Source: a virus
Length of the DNA: 64,000 nt
Strand: one strand, 5' to 3'
IMG/VR virus record: IMGVR_UViG_3300009370_000003
The translations under genes and the position numbers were made by a program. Below are positions 30,386 to 39,683 of this stretch, piece after piece. Under the pieces are notes generated by a model. That model was not told the origin of the DNA, ran no database searches, and saw nothing but the letters and a program-made list of their open reading frames with translations. The number at the start of each line of letters is the position of its first letter. Within the stretch, counting starts at the first letter, position 1.

Positions 30386-31616
30386 TATACTTCTCCAAAA
30401 TATTTTCTAAGACACTTTCAACTAATGCCTTAAGACAAAGTGGTGCGACCATTAATCCTATTCTTGCACCCTTGTCGTTATAATCTCCCGTACTCCTATA
30501 GTCATCGGGAAGAGTCATAATCCTTTGTAATTCCTTTGGAGTATATATCCTTTCTCCACTGGGGTGAAAATGATTACCACCCATAAACTTTGGTTGACAC
30601 CCTTGTTCAGTTAATGAATGTGCAGCTTGAGTCCAAGGTACAATCCTTGACATGTAATAAGAATGTTTTTCATCTTCGGGGTCAATGATACCCCTTGCAA
30701 TTTGTTCTTTGAACCACGGGCCAACGATATCGTCTCCAATACTAACAACCCTTTCCATATTATTTATGCCCCTCATACCTAAGCATGGGCCCGAGTTGGG
30801 ATAGTCAGGGTGAGTATCAAATCCAAATACCCAATGAGCCTTTGAAGAATGTCTCAAAGATTCTTCTAGGTATTTTGCATCGGTTATGTTTTGTTCGTCA
30901 TCTTGTAAGTCTTCTATTGCATCTCTTACAGTCCATTCTTTTTGAGAAGGTTCAGGAAATACACTTCCTAAAACCATCCATGGCATTCCAATTTTATCTA
31001 ATACATCATTACGAACTGCAAGTATAAATGTTCTTTCTCTTTTTTGTGGAACTCCATGTTGGGCTGCATTCATAACTTTATAAACTGCAGAATATCCTTG
31101 TGCTTCAAAGTCTGTAATCATTCTATTCAAATGGTCTCTTGCATAGTCCATTGTAAGACCTTTTACATTTTCACAAATAACAATCTTGGGTTGGAGTTCA
31201 CCAGTAATTCTAATTACTTCCCAAGTTAAATCTTCAATGTTTTCTTGCTTCATTCCATATGCAATCTTCTCTTTGTTCCAACCTTCTCGTTTTGATCCAG
31301 CCATTGAAAATGGCGGACAAGGTGGACTTGCATCTAGAATATCTATTTCACCAACTCCTAGTCCACTAAGTTCCATGATATCTTTACCAGTAACTTTTTT
31401 AATGTCTTTACATTCGTGAACTGTGTTTGGGAAATTTAAAAGGTAGGTATCAACATGAAGTTGTTGAAATTCATTCATGTATTTACAATCTCCACCTAAG
31501 AGTTTGTATGCACATGAAGAACCGCCTCCGCCAGCAAAGAAAGTTATATAATTAAACTTCTTTGTTGAAGCACCTTCTTCAAGGTCTGATAATCTATATC
31601 TAAAATATTCGTTCAT
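30375..31616 (-). CDS. DNA (cytosine-5) methyltransferase
   Basis: FAGGGG (I), SPPCPPFS (IV), ENVKG (VI), Q.RER (VIII), R..T..E..RIMTLPD (IX). Confidence 0.95.
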   Translation of the reverse strand: MNEYFRYRLSDLEEGASTKKFNYITFFAGGGGSSCAYKLLGGDCKYMNEFQQLHVDTYLLNFPNTVHECKDIKKVTGKDIMELSGLGVGEIDILDASPPCPPFSMAGSKREGWNKEKIAYGMKQENIEDLTWEVIRITGELQPKIVICENVKGLTMDYARDHLNRMITDFEAQGYSAVYKVMNAAQHGVPQKRERTFILAVRNDVLDKIGMPWMVLGSVFPEPSQKEWTVRDAIEDLQDDEQNITDAKYLEESLRHSSKAHWVFGFDTHPDYPNSGPCLGMRGINNMERVVSIGDDIVGPWFKEQIARGIIDPEDEKHSYYMSRIVPWTQAAHSLTEQGCQPKFMGGNHFHPSGERIYTPKELQRIMTLPDDYRSTGDYNDKGARIGLMVAPLCLKALVESVLENILEKYNVN

Positions 31617-31636
31617 AAAAAAATCCCACTAAACAT

Positions 31637-31674
31637 ATTATATTATATTTAGCGAGATTTGACTAGAGGGTTTT
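31637..31674 (-). promoter_or_regulatory. AAAACC-box promoter for MTase-TET operon
   Basis: AAAACCCTC-TAGTCA-N17-TATAAT. Confidence 0.7.
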
Positions 31675-31675
31675 A

Positions 31676-32185
31676 CTATCCAACGAAGTCCTCGCCTTCG
31701 TTCCATGCACAACCAGTTAGTCCACCAGCTTGTAGTGCCCTTACAGTTCTTAGAACTTCTTGTGGGTTTCTACCAGTGTCTAATGCATTGCTTGATGCAT
31801 GTTGGATTACTCCATCAGGGTCGATAATAAATGTTGCTCTATAGCATACACCATTTTCTATATCTACCACACCAAGGTCGCTTGATAATCTAAGTCCAGT
31901 GTCAGCTGCAAGCGTATGTTGAATATTACCTATCAACTCATTATCTTGTTTCCATGCTAATTTACAAAACTCGTTATCACCACTGATACCGATAACTGAT
32001 ACACCCGCGTCTACCAATGCATCAAATCCAGCAATCTCTGTTGGACAGATAAAAGTAAAGTCTTTTGGATAAAAGTAAACCACTGACCAACCTTGAAGCC
32101 AGTCATTGTCTGCTGTCACAAATTCATTAAACTTATTAATCCCCTCTAATGAGAAGTCGGGGAATTGTTCACCTACTGTTTTCAT
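31676..32185 (-). CDS. ahpC: peroxiredoxin (AhpC-type)
   Basis: FYPKDFTFICPTE, RATFIIDP, GRN..E..R. Confidence 0.95.
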   Translation of the reverse strand: MKTVGEQFPDFSLEGINKFNEFVTADNDWLQGWSVVYFYPKDFTFICPTEIAGFDALVDAGVSVIGISGDNEFCKLAWKQDNELIGNIQHTLAADTGLRLSSDLGVVDIENGVCYRATFIIDPDGVIQHASSNALDTGRNPQEVLRTVRALQAGGLTGCAWNEGEDFVG

Positions 32186-32376
32186 AACATCTCCCTTAAA
32201 GGATTCCAACTATAATCGTAAGTGGAGAGTGTTCTAGTCCCACCTTGACTTGCTATAGTATTACATAACTTAATCATTTCTCTATCTGTCAAATCATTAA
32301 GATATTTGTTTAGGTCTGCTTCTATTGCGACTCTGTCATTTTTTGCACACTCTTGTATGCCCTCTTCTTTTTTCAT
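32182..32376 (-). CDS. hypothetical protein
   Basis: GGAG RBS, promoter at 32405-32442. Confidence 0.6.
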   Translation of the reverse strand: MKKEEGIQECAKNDRVAIEADLNKYLNDLTDREMIKLCNTIASQGGTRTLSTYDYSWNPLREML

Positions 32377-32442
32377 AATTACTCCATAATAAAATGATAC
32401 CACCATTATATCACATAACAGTGGTATCTGTATAGTGGGTTT

Positions 32443-32853
32443 CTATGAAATTTTGATAGAAACTGGTTTGTCTTCTTCGGGAATGACTCTCTCTAAGTTG
32501 ACACTCAATATACCGTTTTTATACACTGCACTGGCGATTTCTACATCGTCTGCAAGTGTAAATCTACGGTTGAATGCTCTAGAAGCTAATCCTTTATGGA
32601 CAAAGTCCTTCTCAGAATCTTCTGAACTACCCTCGATAACAAGAATGTTTTTCTCTTTAGTAACAGAAATTTCCTTCTTATCGAATCCAGCAACAGCAAG
32701 TTCAACGGTGAAATTTTCATCGTCTACTTTTACCACATTGTATGGTGGATAGTTTGATTGTGAGATTGTAGACATTCTTTCGAGGTCTTCGAAATATCTA
32801 TCAAATCCTATTGCGAACGGTCTGAATTGACCAAATATATCTAAATGCGTCAT
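32443..32853 (-). CDS. hsp20: small heat shock protein Hsp20
   Basis: NYPPYN, ELAVAGF, HKGLASRAF.R.F.L, NGIL. Confidence 0.95.
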   Translation of the reverse strand: MTHLDIFGQFRPFAIGFDRYFEDLERMSTISQSNYPPYNVVKVDDENFTVELAVAGFDKKEISVTKEKNILVIEGSSEDSEKDFVHKGLASRAFNRRFTLADDVEIASAVYKNGILSVNLERVIPEEDKPVSIKIS

Positions 32854-32960
32854 ATTTTTCTCCTTTAATTAAGCAAGTTAATATATGTAATCCTCTATTG
32901 AGCAATTACTAAAGTATTTATAATACTTATATACCTATTATATGGGTTTTTTCAAAAATT

Positions 32961-34838
32961 TCAAGAGGGTTTTTGTAATTTTCTTAATTTCCTATCAATT
33001 AAAGGTGCATATATCTTAACTGGAATTTCCTTTCCTTTAACATTTATTTCGTCAAGATACTGCCATTCACAATCAACTTGTTTCTTTGTGAACTCTGACA
33101 TTATAATTGGAGTGTCATATTGCCTTGTTTGGACTTCGAGTCTAGCTGCAAGGTTAACAGCGTCACCGACAACTGAATAATCGAATCGTGCTTCACTTCC
33201 CATGTTTCCGACAATGCATGGGCCTGTATTAATTCCCGTGCCAATGACTACTGGTGGTAAATCTAATCCTTCCCTTTCTATATCTATATTCATTTGTTCT
33301 GTTAATAGTTCTATTTCTATTGCAGATTTCAAAGCCATTTGTGCATGGTCAGGGCAATCAAGAGGAGCTCCCCAAAATGCCATCAAGCAGTCACCCATAT
33401 ATTTGTCGATGGTTCCACCATTTGCTAGGACAATTTTAGACATACCGTCTAGGAATCTATTAATTAGTTCCACTAATCCTTCGGGGTCGTCATTCTTCAT
33501 GTATGCTTCTGATATTGGAGTGAACCCAACTATGTCTGCGAAGAGGAATGAAAGTTCTCTTCTATCTCCACCAAGTTTCAATAATTCAGGGTTTTTTTGG
33601 AGTTCTTCAACCATGTCAGGAGATAAATATTTTTGAAACTGCTTCTTAATAAGTTCTTTGAGTTGATAAGTTGTATAGTATTTGTTGAAGGAAGCATGTC
33701 CGAAAACTATAATGGAGGCAATCGATGAGTAGAAAGTATCGAAAAGAACGAGAGATGAAGACCACCAATAGAGAGACCCACCCACCTGAAATCCAACGAA
33801 GACTAGAGAAGCTATCCCCGCAACGGCTGTGGGAAGTGTGTAGACCATTACCAATATTCCTAGAAGGACTGTCAGCAGAAGAGCGAGAGATAAGAATTCA
33901 AGATAGTAGGATTGTTGTATTCGAACATCTTGCAAAACGGTTTGGAGAAGTGAGGCTTGAACTTTATGAGGATACATTACACCCACTGGGGTTGAAACTG
34001 GATTATTAAGTCCCTCTGCAGTTAATCCCCAAATCAGTATCTTACCTTCAAGGTCTGAGTTGGGTAAATCCATTGCAGATATTCTCTCAAAATCGAACCA
34101 GTATCCAATTTGAACATCTGCAGTTGAGGTTGTTTCTATGGGAGGGCTCCTACCCATTCGAATCCACTCGATTCCAGCTTCTTCCGTGACTCGTGTTTGA
34201 TAATTCTTATGGTCACCAAATGCACGAAGAACCTCTAGTGCAACCGAAGGATATACAACATCATTTGCAGATACTATTAATGGTGCTGAACGGATTGTCC
34301 CGTCAAAGTTTGGTGTTCCTGAAATACTAGGTGTTGTGACTGTCACTCCTGAACCATACGAATTCTGTTTCAGGATATCAACTGGTGAAGCAATGCCAGA
34401 GAAGCTCCAAATATGGTCTTTTATCTCGCCGTCACCGAACACCGAAGTCTTAACAAATGGTGCAGACCCAGTATCTAATTGAGTTGTGGGTGCAGCTGAT
34501 AAAATCGATAGCCGATTAACTAATCCTTCTGCAAAAGCTTCGTCCCCTGAAAACCTATCAGGGTTTTTAAACAACTGGGTAAATACATGAGTGTTGGTAT
34601 AATGTGATTCCAACATTATATCTGCATAGATATTTCTCGGCCATGGGTATTGACCATACTTCTGTAGTGACTTCTCGTCTATGTCTACTAGAACTATGTT
34701 ATCGGTTTGTTCTATTTCTTTTGATTGGTGTAGGAAGTCAAACCAAGACCATGTAACATTCTCAATAAGATATGGATTCCATACCTTAAGTCCGAATAAT
34801 AACGAGACAGTTATTAATACTGTCTTCCACGAGTACAT
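32961..34838 (-). CDS. CHASE2-domain class III adenylate cyclase
   Basis: N-terminal TM, IVLVDIDE.SL..YGQYPWPR (CHASE2), 3 TMs, FADIVGFT, IDKYMGD, GDAVNLAARLE. Confidence 0.95.
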   Translation of the reverse strand: MYSWKTVLITVSLLFGLKVWNPYLIENVTWSWFDFLHQSKEIEQTDNIVLVDIDEKSLQKYGQYPWPRNIYADIMLESHYTNTHVFTQLFKNPDRFSGDEAFAEGLVNRLSILSAAPTTQLDTGSAPFVKTSVFGDGEIKDHIWSFSGIASPVDILKQNSYGSGVTVTTPSISGTPNFDGTIRSAPLIVSANDVVYPSVALEVLRAFGDHKNYQTRVTEEAGIEWIRMGRSPPIETTSTADVQIGYWFDFERISAMDLPNSDLEGKILIWGLTAEGLNNPVSTPVGVMYPHKVQASLLQTVLQDVRIQQSYYLEFLSLALLLTVLLGILVMVYTLPTAVAGIASLVFVGFQVGGSLYWWSSSLVLFDTFYSSIASIIVFGHASFNKYYTTYQLKELIKKQFQKYLSPDMVEELQKNPELLKLGGDRRELSFLFADIVGFTPISEAYMKNDDPEGLVELINRFLDGMSKIVLANGGTIDKYMGDCLMAFWGAPLDCPDHAQMALKSAIEIELLTEQMNIDIEREGLDLPPVVIGTGINTGPCIVGNMGSEARFDYSVVGDAVNLAARLEVQTRQYDTPIIMSEFTKKQVDCEWQYLDEINVKGKEIPVKIYAPLIDRKLRKLQKPS

Positions 34839-35002
34839 TATGTTATCCAACAAACTGGATATACACACCAGTAAGGATTAGCTACTCCTAAAAGCCACAA
34901 TATAAAAATCCATAAGGGAATCTGTATCCAAGTTTTTCCTTTAGACCATTCCCTGAACCTGATGGCGTGCGGAACCATCTTATTAAACAACCATTGTTTC
35001 AT
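34838..35002 (-). CDS. small Trp-rich membrane protein
   Basis: WIQIPLWIFILWLLG helix, CVYPVC; start uncertain. Confidence 0.5.
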   Translation of the reverse strand: MKQWLFNKMVPHAIRFREWSKGKTWIQIPLWIFILWLLGVANPYWCVYPVCWIT

Positions 35003-35112
35003 TAGGAGACCAGTCGATAAAACGACAGTGCTAATCCAACCAATAAGGTTCCTAATACTATAAAAACCCATTTGATATGAAATTTATAATTTATTATTTT
35101 ATCCCACATAAT

Positions 35113-35973
35113 TTAATCTTGTGTTACTGTAATTGTGCAACCGCCGACTGTATAACAAGCTTGAGACAAAGTATATGACTGAGCTGAGCCTGCGTGTTGC
35201 GTTAAATCTAAAGTAGTTCCATAAGTACCATTCAAAGTAATATTTGCAGTATGTTGAGCATTACCGTCTTGAAGATAGTCAACAATATTAGAGTCATTAT
35301 GAACTGTTAAGTTTAATGTCTTTGAACTGTCTCCTTTCTGTTTTCCAAACACATCATTGTCATCTCCATAGAGATAGATTCTTGCTGAATGTCCGTCACA
35401 ATTATTGTTTGCACAATTCCTTTGCTGTCCTTTTATTGAATTATCACTACCATGGATATCTATGGTGACAGTATGATTACCGCCGTCATTATTATCTATT
35501 GACCATGTAGTGTCGTTACGGTTTGAGAATTCATATCCTTGGGCCCACCAAAGTGTATTGTCATCTCCATATGCTATGTGGAACTGAATGTCGTTTTTAC
35601 CGCAGGACGAATTTTTCGTGCAGTTTTGGTAGAGTTTAAGTGATTGTCTTTCTCCGTCAATATCGCCACCCCAACCATAACCTGAGCCCCAGCTGGGGGA
35701 ATCATTTGCGTATCCAATTTCATTATTGTTTCCTTTTTGTAAGATTTCTATATCGTAATCGTCTCCGTCTCCAAGTGAGAAAAAGATATTGTTGTTGAAT
35801 CCTTCTTGGTCGATAGTTAGGTCGAGATTATCTCCACCCGCTGTGACCTGATTAATATTGATACGGTTATCATCATCAGCAAATGCTTTAATTGCTGAAA
35901 ATAACACCATGAGTGTAAAACACCCTATGAATAATTTTGCTGACCAGTCCAATTTTCCCTCAGTTTGTTTCAC
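35113..35973 (-). CDS. curlin-like (CsgA/CsgB-like) secreted repeat protein
   Basis: signal peptide AFA|DDDN; repeats I-x-Q-x-G-x-x-N (IDQEGFNN, ILQKGNNN, IHGSDN, LQDGNA); likely GTG start. Confidence 0.75.
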   Translation of the reverse strand: MKQTEGKLDWSAKLFIGCFTLMVLFSAIKAFADDDNRININQVTAGGDNLDLTIDQEGFNNNIFFSLGDGDDYDIEILQKGNNNEIGYANDSPSWGSGYGWGGDIDGERQSLKLYQNCTKNSSCGKNDIQFHIAYGDDNTLWWAQGYEFSNRNDTTWSIDNNDGGNHTVTIDIHGSDNSIKGQQRNCANNNCDGHSARIYLYGDDNDVFGKQKGDSSKTLNLTVHNDSNIVDYLQDGNAQHTANITLNGTYGTTLDLTQHAGSAQSYTLSQACYTVGGCTITVTQD

Positions 35974-36119
35974 CCACAAATCCACCAAACAAGTAAAACA
36001 AGAATTACACCTTCAGCCCATGCTATCCAAAGTGCTTGGTAATCTGTAAGGTTGAATCTATCGATAAACTTCCAACAAAGTCTTTCGTGCCATTCTAAAA
36101 AGTCCTTTAAATATTTCAT
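35970..36119 (-). CDS. small membrane protein, 49 aa (not in ORF track)
   Basis: MKYLKDFLEWHERL...GVILVLLVWWICG with AGGAG RBS. Confidence 0.65.
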   Translation of the reverse strand: MKYLKDFLEWHERLCWKFIDRFNLTDYQALWIAWAEGVILVLLVWWICG

Positions 36120-36141
36120 ATTTACTCCTAATGTCTTTTAT

Positions 36142-37284
36142 TTAGTTAGTTTGCCTGATTACAATTTCAATATTGGTGTCTCCTTGACCGAAATCAATAA
36201 TCCCTTCATACCCGTCTAAAGTTAAATCTAAGTATCCTAAACCTCCAGCTGCAATGATTATCTCAATCTTTCCATTCACATCTCTATAGAGATATAGGTC
36301 TCCGTCTTGGACAAATACATTAAACTGTGAGTCTTTATTGAATCCTTGGACTGCACCTTTAATATTGAATTGTCCTAGGGTTGCTCCACCACCAGTTGAG
36401 CCTGACCCTTTAATCTTTTTATCTAGTGCTTCTACCACATCTAATAAATCTGTCAAGAAGTCAACTCCAAGCATATCTATATCAAGCTCAGTGAAATCAT
36501 CTTCCATGGTATCTTCGAGTTCGTCTGACTCTAAATCATTGAACTCTAAAAAGTCTACATCTAGTATTCCAGTATCGTCATTTTGGTCGTCAGCGACAGC
36601 GTCTTCTATTGCTTGTTTAACTTCCGCAGGTGGAGAAACAATAAACATGTTATCAATCATTGAAGGTGTTATGTTTTGAATAATAACATTTTGTGTTGGA
36701 GGAGATTCCAAAGTAGAAACCATAGTTGCCTGATATGGAAGATTGAGTAAGGTTTCTCCACCCTCATTAAATACTTTTATCTCACCACTAGAACCACCTG
36801 TTTCATCAGGTAGCAGAATCACGAGTGTTCTCCCGAGCTCGTCAATAGTAGTTGTAAAATCTGTGCCGTTGATTGCTATTTGAGCTGTCGGCGTTGAAAT
36901 ATCTATGTTTGCTTTCTTTATTTTTTTCCCTTTCCCTGAAGCAAACCTTGCTGTTCCTTGAACCATTCTCAAGGACATTTTTGATAATGAGGGATTAGGG
37001 TCATAGTATACTTCGTCTATGTATACTACTGTGTGTTCGATTAAATCAAGTTCCTCTTCGTCTAAGAACTCAATCTTCATTCTGCCGTTTACTGTTTCGG
37101 CTTCGTCATACAAAAAAATGTCACCACCGACATTATTCTGTTGCACTTCATTGTTTCTAACTATCTGGCCTATACCAGTAGACTCAACAATGTCTCCAAT
37201 GGGGTCTGCAAATGCGACCCCACTGAATAACAATATATTAAGAATCGTTAGCTGCGTCTTTCTGATTGATTTGAATAACTGCAT
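36142..37284 (-). CDS. secreted FecR-domain protein
   Basis: signal peptide AFA|D; ETVNGRMKIEF.D, L..GTARF, TPTAQIAINGTDF FecR signature; acidic C-terminal region. Confidence 0.85.
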   Translation of the reverse strand: MQLFKSIRKTQLTILNILLFSGVAFADPIGDIVESTGIGQIVRNNEVQQNNVGGDIFLYDEAETVNGRMKIEFLDEEELDLIEHTVVYIDEVYYDPNPSLSKMSLRMVQGTARFASGKGKKIKKANIDISTPTAQIAINGTDFTTTIDELGRTLVILLPDETGGSSGEIKVFNEGGETLLNLPYQATMVSTLESPPTQNVIIQNITPSMIDNMFIVSPPAEVKQAIEDAVADDQNDDTGILDVDFLEFNDLESDELEDTMEDDFTELDIDMLGVDFLTDLLDVVEALDKKIKGSGSTGGGATLGQFNIKGAVQGFNKDSQFNVFVQDGDLYLYRDVNGKIEIIIAAGGLGYLDLTLDGYEGIIDFGQGDTNIEIVIRQTN

Positions 37285-37984
37285 TATCACTTGTTATATC
37301 TAATGTAATTAAAGCATTTGGAGTTGCACAACTGTTTCCAGCTCCACTTACACATGTTCCTGATATCTGATTGATATCCACATCTGCACTATCTCCTGTT
37401 AATTCAACCGTCATTTCGTTTGCACCATCTTTCTGTAATGTATTAACATTATTTGAGTCACCAGTTATATCCCAGTTCCAAACAACATCATCGGATTCAA
37501 AATCCAAATCAAATACATTCGAAGAACCCACTAAGACTAAATCTGCATTTAATCTTTCTGCTCCTAAACCATATCCTTGGTCAATGTCAAAGATGTTTGA
37601 ATCTCCTTGAACAGTGAAAAGATAATCAGTAGCATCTGCTGACCCTACATTACCAATGTTCCAGTCTATCTTGTTCGAATCACCTGTGAAGGTTAATGTA
37701 TATTTCGAACTGTCTGCAACAACGGGCCCGAATAAGACATTCTGATTACCAGTAAAGTCTAAATCGAACTCCAAAGTTTGTCCTGTAATAAGCATGGCGG
37801 TTATGCTTCCGCTGGAACCATCGTTACCACCTATCTTATTACCAAAACCTATTTGGTCAATGTATATTTTTAATGTATCACCCGTTTGGGTAATCTTAAT
37901 TTCATTGTCATCAGTGGCTGCTCCGAAAACGATAGGCGAAGCCAATAATAATATTGCTCCTAATAAACTAATTAGTTTCTTCAT
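37238..37984 (-). CDS. curlin-like (CsgA/CsgB-like) secreted repeat protein
   Basis: signal peptide; ITQTGD, IDQIGFGN, GDSNKI, QGDSNIF, GSSNVF, GDSNNV repeats; immediately after csgG. Confidence 0.8.
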   Translation of the reverse strand: MKKLISLLGAILLLASPIVFGAATDDNEIKITQTGDTLKIYIDQIGFGNKIGGNDGSSGSITAMLITGQTLEFDLDFTGNQNVLFGPVVADSSKYTLTFTGDSNKIDWNIGNVGSADATDYLFTVQGDSNIFDIDQGYGLGAERLNADLVLVGSSNVFDLDFESDDVVWNWDITGDSNNVNTLQKDGANEMTVELTGDSADVDINQISGTCVSGAGNSCATPNALITLDITSDNAVIQINQKDAANDS

Positions 37985-38897
37985 TTTCGTTATACCCCTC
38001 GGGGAACTTTTCGTCATACCCCGTTATGTTCCAAAAACCTCTTTCGTGTCCTTGGTATACTAATTCCAGCACTCCAGCTTCAATAGCTGTTCGCACTGCG
38101 TAAGTCACTGACTCATTATTTCCAATGCCATCCTCTATCTCTATTAATTGAGTTCCTTGTTCTACGAAACGGAAAACATCGCCTCCCGTTCCATAACTCA
38201 ATATAGTCTTTCGAGTTTGGACATTTAATAAAACCTCTCCAGTAAGAACTGATACAGCTCTTATTGAAATGGTCACGACATCTTGACGATATCGTTTACT
38301 ATAACCAATACCTAGTGTCCGTGCGCCTCGTCCACCTGTTCTTATATTGGTATCATAACCAATTACTCCACCCTCTATTATCATACCCGCAAAGAGTAGT
38401 GGTTGTATTCCTTCGGCTTCGTCTTTACCTTCAGCCTTAGCAAATTCTGTTCTTGCAGACCTAATAATCTGCCTTTCTCTAACTAAGTGGTCTATACCAC
38501 TTCGTTCTACTACCCTAAACCAAGTACCATTTCCAGCCGTTTTAAGAGCGTCTATGACCATTTCTTGTCCACCTTGGGTCACTGCAGTAGAGAAGCTTGC
38601 AATGTTGTCTACGGACTTCCTCTGTCCAGTCTTATCTAAGAACTGATAAACTGCAACTACTGGCATCTCTTCTGCTGGTGGTAATCTTAATAGTTCAAGA
38701 AATGAGGGTAGTCTTACTACTTCGGGGTCTTCCACACAAATATATTTTCGTGCAAACTGTTTCTTTACCCCAGTGTATACATCTTTCTTAAACCCTTCGT
38801 CCCAGCGACCACAATTTTGTGGGTCGTCTGTCCACTTAGGAATTGAAGCACAGCTACTCAATACTAAAAGTAATGCTAATGAAAGAACCTTAATCAT
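37968..38897 (-). CDS. csgG: curli secretion channel lipoprotein CsgG
   Basis: lipobox LSSC; VAVYQFLDKTGQRK, FSTAVTQG, WFRVVER, ERQIIR, IEGGVIGYD. Confidence 0.95.
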   Translation of the reverse strand: MIKVLSLALLLVLSSCASIPKWTDDPQNCGRWDEGFKKDVYTGVKKQFARKYICVEDPEVVRLPSFLELLRLPPAEEMPVVAVYQFLDKTGQRKSVDNIASFSTAVTQGGQEMVIDALKTAGNGTWFRVVERSGIDHLVRERQIIRSARTEFAKAEGKDEAEGIQPLLFAGMIIEGGVIGYDTNIRTGGRGARTLGIGYSKRYRQDVVTISIRAVSVLTGEVLLNVQTRKTILSYGTGGDVFRFVEQGTQLIEIEDGIGNNESVTYAVRTAIEAGVLELVYQGHERGFWNITGYDEKFPEGYNENEETN

Positions 38898-39433
38898 TAG
38901 GTTCCTCCGTCGCCACCCCCGCCATCGACAGGAATCGCGTCAGGGTCTTGTGCAAAATTACCAGTTCCTATAGGTATTTCAATAATGGTTGATGTTCCGT
39001 CTTCACCTATAATGGTCATTCGTATGAACTCAACCCCTGCTTCATCTGTTAATACTTCCCAAGTAATAGTGTTTCCTTCTAGAATAAATGAACCAAATGA
39101 ACTTGAATTATCATTTGAGAACATAGATTCAACTAACTGTTTTGCAAGTGTAGCATAAATTCTGCTTTCTAAGTTTCTAATAAATTTTGCAAGAACCGTA
39201 TTGTCTGCTTCTCTTTCTGCAGCTTTCCTAGCTGACTCCAAAGCATCTTCGATTTGTTTCTTCCGAGAAAATTCCTGATTCTCGATAGTTAAATAATGAG
39301 CACCCTGACCCTGTTTACTAAACGATGGATTTCCAAATTTATGAACAATCTCATCTGCGTAAACATTCGTTGCATGTAGAAATAAAACCCCTACAATGAT
39401 AATGCTACTTACGACTTTTTTTATTACTGACAT
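38897..39433 (-). CDS. csgF: curli assembly protein CsgF
   Basis: signal peptide then EIVHKFGNPSFS (CsgF F.NP.F motif), F..NLESRI; adjacent to csgG. Confidence 0.85.
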   Translation of the reverse strand: MSVIKKVVSSIIIVGVLFLHATNVYADEIVHKFGNPSFSKQGQGAHYLTIENQEFSRKKQIEDALESARKAAEREADNTVLAKFIRNLESRIYATLAKQLVESMFSNDNSSSFGSFILEGNTITWEVLTDEAGVEFIRMTIIGEDGTSTIIEIPIGTGNFAQDPDAIPVDGGGGDGGT

Positions 39434-39683
39434 TCTTTTCCTCTTGTTCTTGCTGTTCCTTATATTCTAGCACTGTGTTAACCTTCTGCTGTAAACGAAT
39501 CAAGTCGTTATCTAACATTCTAATTTGGTCAAGAAGTCTTATAAGGATTGTATTAGATTTTCCTAGAGCAGGTTTTAGTTCTTGTGTGACAAATTTCCAC
39601 ACAAAAAATATAAAATACCCCATGCCCAGTGCGAGAACCACGGGAAAACCGAATTCTGCAATCATCTGAGCTATGGTATTCAT
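39405..39683 (-). CDS. small membrane protein (paralog of 39683-39976)
   Basis: EFGFP TM, QIRMLDNDLIR coiled coil. Confidence 0.75.
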   Translation of the reverse strand: MNTIAQMIAEFGFPVVLALGMGYFIFFVWKFVTQELKPALGKSNTILIRLLDQIRMLDNDLIRLQQKVNTVLEYKEQQEQEEKNVSNKKSRK

